Below are positions 60,191 through 64,000 of a stretch of DNA of 64,000 nt, one piece after another; position 1 is the stretch's first letter, and every line of letters starts with the position of its first letter. The position numbers and the translations under genes were made by a program. The notes under the pieces were generated by a model. That model saw nothing but the letters and a program-made list of their open reading frames with translations. It searched no databases and was not told where the DNA came from. This DNA is from Eukaryota sp. GEM-RC1 (Eukaryota): positions 3,472,001-3,536,000 of the forward strand of contig JAUFOQ010000001.1 of NCBI GenBank assembly GCA_040285855.1. The letters run 5' to 3'.

Positions 60191-62780
60191 GTTTTCATTT
60201 TGGGTGAATATCCCCATTTTACCAATTCCCCCACACACCCAATTCCCACAACCTCTTTTTACTTATGGGATACACTTTTGAGATACTCTGGGACTCAAGA
60301 CTCGACTTAACGAGCATGTCTGTCCACGCTTCTGGACACGATTTCCAAAAATCTTCAAGACTAGAAATGAACGAAAAAGAAAAAATTGCATTTCAGTACT
60401 TGAACAACTTTTCTCCACTGCTACAACAGTTGTCTGATGAAATTGGAACAAATCAAATTTCTTTTCCTGATTCTACGTCAATGTCTCCCATATTTCATTA
60501 CACTGCCAAACAAATTTCTACAAATTATGCCAACAATATGGTCAAAAATTTTCATGATTATGTATTCAGATTCTTTAATCTGGTAAAAAGAAAGAAAGTA
60601 AGACTTGAACAAATAAGTGATCAAGTTGATAAGAAAGAATTGATTTCGAAATTGAATTCAGTCAGAGATTCGATTATCAATGGAAATTTTGATGAAATTC
60701 CCATTAATAATCACAAGATCTTCCCTTATCCACTTGAAGAATTAACATTGAGGTTTTTTGCGTATTTGAAATTTTCTTTGTTTCCAATGTTTTCAAAAAG
60801 AACATTTACTATTTACAGAAAGTAAAGCCGATGCAGTTAATTTCTCATGCTCTATACATCAACCGAACAATACAATCTTTGTGTTTGGTTGATGGAAAAC
60901 CAATCAGTGTAAACAATCCTTTTCCAATGACGAAGACATTGATTCCCCAGCATATTCGTTTGGACACTGATTGGATTAATCAAAGATTTGTCCATATATG
61001 TCGTGGCAAAAAAGCAGATGAAATAAGGAAAAAGGTTTTTGATCAGGTCCTTACTGACAAAGCTGTGGCACCAACAAAATCATTTGTCTTTAGATATTCT
61101 TCAATTCTGACTGATGGAATTTCTTGTTTGGTTTTAATGAGGAAAGATTTAGTTGATGAAGATGGAAATACTTTCAAAGATTTTACTGCTAAATCTCTCG
61201 GAACTTCGGAAAGATACATTCACTCTTTATCAAATGAGAATATTCACGAATTACAATTGAAAGAAAAAAAGAATTGTCGGTGTCGATCCCAATGAATATG
61301 ATTTAATGTATTGTGTTTCTGAAAAGACAGTCGATGAGCTTAAAGAAGAAGATATTTCTGGAAATAATCCACTCAAAAACGATTACCCTCAGAAATCAGA
61401 AGTAAGAAAAGAGGAGGAATTAAGAAAAGAAAGAAACAATTACAAGATTGGAAAAATTCGAATAATGATGTAAAATCAAAGAAAAAGGCTAAGCACAAAT
61501 GGAAGAAGTTTAATTACACAGCTGGAGAAAGAGCTTATGATAGGAAATCTAAAAAATATTGTAAATCTGAAAATAGAAAACTGAAAGAATTTTCTATCGA
61601 ATCACCAGATGAAACTGTCACTGAAAGACAACTTAAAGATTTTTTGGTTCTTCGTCCTGATAATATTCTTGTAACAGGAAGAGATGTCGTTAACCAATTT
61701 TCCAATGCTGTATCAAATGGGGAAAGAAAGTCGTGTTTCAGTGACACATTTGAAACATATATTAAAGAAGCTGAACGATATAACGTATATTTGAGTTTTT
61801 TTTACGAAGATGACTGGTTTAGAAAGAGGAAATTCCAAATTTATTCAAATAACCAACAATCGGAGAAAAACATGCTGGAACGCTTCAATTTAACATATGG
61901 ACCTCCAGAAGACGTCATCATTGGCTATGGGGATTGGAGCTCAAAAGGTAAAACAAGAAAGGGTAAAACCTCAACGGTTAGAGGAGTGGAAATCCGTAAA
62001 ATGTTAAGAAGATATGGATACCAAATATTTCTTGTTGATGAATACAGAACAAGCAAGTGTTGTTCCAAATGTGCTGAGGAAAAATCAACTTTCGTAGAAT
62101 GTGAAAATGTTTCAGAACTAAAGGTTCTTGGTCCCAAAGGTAAGAGACAGCTAAGAAGGACGAAGAGAAATTTAAGAAGAGAAATTTTGCTCGAAAACAA
62201 ACAAGATCCTCTAAACCAACGGGATTTTGGAAGCAGAGTGGGAGGTGAAGCAGAAGTCATTGGAAGAAGAAGCTAAATCCACACCCTGGGGACTGGTAAG
62301 GTGCTCAGATGCTGAGTGTGGTACTTATTGGAATAGAGACCTAAATTCTGCCATTAATATCTATTCCATCATTGAAGCAACGATCAATGGTCAAGGTAGG
62401 CCATCCGCTCTCGAGAGATCTAAAACTCAAACAACAGATCTCGAGAGTGGTAAGGATACTTTGGCGAGAGACCAGAAGGAGAAGACTGTGACCAAGAAGG
62501 AGAAAACTTCAACAGGAAAGAAGAAGACTGTGACCGGAAAGAACAAAACTTCAACAGGAAAGAAGAAAACATGTGGAAATTGTGGCCAAGAAGGTCATAA
62601 CAAAAGGTCATGCAAGAATCCACCAAAAGAAATGAGTTCGCCTAAAAGAAGAAGCGTAATGTCAGTCCAGCAGACGAATGTCTCTCGTAAAGAACTTTAG
62701 TGTACTCTTAACAGTACGCAGCGAAGTGGGCTTAGCTCACTGAGTGTCTGTGGTTTCGATACTCTAATCAAAATGAAAAT
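60191..62780 (+). mobile_element. Fanzor-carrying element with short imperfect inverted ends
   Basis: ta|gttttcattttg at 60189-60202 and caaaatgaaaat|ta at 62769-62782. The 11-bp core is perfect. No transposase inside. Confidence 0.6.
60265..62700 (+). CDS. Fanzor (Fanzor1-like TnpB homolog), about 810 aa over five reading segments
   Basis: NIYY..K..P, PQHIRLDT and ILTDGISC. RuvC-I IVGVDPN (D at 61285). IIGYGDWS. RuvC-II plus zinc finger LVDEYRTSKCCSKC (E at 62040). RCSDAEC...WNRDLNSAINI (D at 62338). Frameshifts near 60785, 61270, 61435 and 62225. Confidence 0.9.
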
Positions 62781-62800
62781 TAACAAAGTTGTGTACTTTG
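62700..62800 (+). ncRNA. Candidate Fanzor omegaRNA (scaffold about 62700-62780, putative guide from about 62781)
   Basis: Three consecutive hairpins with G-U pairs favouring the + strand: gtgtact/agtacgc 62700-62719, agtgggc/gctcact 62725-62741 and gagtgtc/gatactc 62742-62764. They end next to the right inverted end. Confidence 0.65.
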
Positions 62801-62874
62801 GGAATACTAGTATCCATTTGAGTTGAGAACCACAGTAGTGAAAATGTATCAAGTTAATGATAAAGTTAGAAACA

Positions 62875-63357
62875 ATGTCTTCCACTAAATTAAATGGCCA
62901 GCTCTTATTAGCTTGGGGTTCTGAAACTGGAACTGTGGATCAAGCCCAAGACGATTTATGCGATCGACTTCGTCCTCTTGGAGTTGACGTCTTGTCTAAA
63001 GAACTAAACGACGTCACAGCTGATGACATTAGAGAAGCCAACCTAACCTTAATTTTGGTGTCCTCAGCTTCTGGAGGTGAAGTACCAGGAAATGCCGAGG
63101 ATTTCTTGTCTGAAATGCAGGACTTAGCTGCTTCTGATCCGAAAGCTCTTGAAGGTGTTAGATTTGTTCTGTTTGGATTTGGTGATCGAACATATGACGA
63201 TACTTTCCAGTTTGGACCTCTCTCGATTTGGAAGGTTATGAATGATTTGGGAGCTTCTCCAGTAATGGAAAGAGGTGTTGGAGATGCAAATGATGATGAT
63301 GGTATTGAAGGCACTTTTGATCCTTTTGTTGAAGAGTTTATAGAAAAGTTTTTGTAA
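62875..63357 (+). CDS. Stand-alone flavodoxin
   Basis: LAWGSETGT FMN loop, SSASGGEVPGNA, FVLFGFGDRTY. Acidic, about 160 aa. Confidence 0.88.
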   Translation: MSSTKLNGQLLLAWGSETGTVDQAQDDLCDRLRPLGVDVLSKELNDVTADDIREANLTLILVSSASGGEVPGNAEDFLSEMQDLAASDPKALEGVRFVLFGFGDRTYDDTFQFGPLSIWKVMNDLGASPVMERGVGDANDDDGIEGTFDPFVEEFIEKFL

Positions 63358-63879
63358 TTATGATTGAGCTGCTCTGTATAAAATAATTGTGATTTCTCTG
63401 TTATGATTGAAGCTTTGTTTAGAAAAATCAGACAAAGAACATCAGTTTAGAACACAAATCTACTCAATACAGATACATTAAATTACAAAAAGCTTTTTGT
63501 GCATAAAGGAGTAAAAAATTGTTTTTTGGGATCATAAAAGCTCTTGAGATAATAGCAGCACACTTTTTAAACACATTTGAATCAACTTGTTTGATCAAAA
63601 GTTAATGTTCAGATTTTCTTGACAATGGCATCAAACAGAACATTTTGGTAACATGAATTAGAACTCAGTAGGGTTAATCATATAGAAAATAGATCGACAA
63701 TGGATATTGTAGTAGTTTTTAGTTCGATTTTGAACCATCTCTTTGCATTGAGACATGAGTTTTAGTCTAAAACTTCTAGATTATGTAGAGCTAATGGTAT
63801 CTTTTGTAAATATTGATGATAGTCTATATTTGTCTGACTAAACAAAGGTTGTTCTAATTATGGCATATAATTACATCCA

Positions 63880-64000
63880 ATGCTTCACTTAACTTGCTCA
63901 ATCTGTGAATTGGTCTTTAACAAAGCTTCCACGCTACCATGTGGACACTATTTTTGTTTCTCATGCATAACTCATTGGTTAAAACTCAATCAAAAATGTC
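63880..64000 (+). CDS. Start of a fourth RING(-kinase) family member
   Basis: [34 protein letters not shown], paralogous to the N-termini of copies 1-3. Truncated by the window edge. Confidence 0.8.
   Translation, partial: MLHLTCSICELVFNKASTLPCGHYFCFSCITHWLKLNQKC

Noticed and set aside
60265..62700. Bacterial IS200/IS605 TnpB or Cas12 contamination
   Set aside because: It is embedded among intron-containing eukaryotic genes and hAT elements. No TnpA or CRISPR array is present, and size and motifs fit Fanzor.
1..64000. Non-standard genetic code, tRNA or rRNA genes
   Set aside because: Conserved genes end at TAA, TAG or TGA, and I saw no in-frame stops at conserved positions. No tRNA or rRNA was recognised by eye.

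Overview
AT-rich eukaryotic (protist-like) genomic DNA in the standard code, with tiny GT-AG introns (28-60 nt) and very short intergenic gaps in the gene clusters. Single-base frameshifts in homopolymers recur even in IleRS, which suggests an uncorrected long-read assembly. Housekeeping-type genes: cathepsin C, SCAI-like, CCDC12/Cwf18, PAP2 phosphatase, RPL12, IleRS, CFIm25, DRC5-like, eIF2-beta, DJ-1, flavodoxin. Expanded families: four copies of a RING-kinase-(Sel1 repeat) gene and several RNI-like LRR genes or fragments. Mobile DNA: an apparently intact MULE (perfect 61-bp TIRs, 9-bp TSD), five hAT-type non-autonomous elements with 8-bp TSDs, a 75-bp pogo-like MITE and scattered non-LTR retrotransposon fragments. 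The main finding is a Fanzor (eukaryotic TnpB-like, putative RNA-guided nuclease) locus at about 60191-62780. It has an intact RuvC D/E/D set and an extra C-terminal Lys/Thr repeat plus CCHC zinc knuckle. A three-hairpin omegaRNA candidate of about 80 nt follows the stop codon, short inverted ends flanked by TA bound the element, and the 3' remnant of a second Fanzor lies directly upstream. All family calls come from motif recognition by eye; no database search was run.
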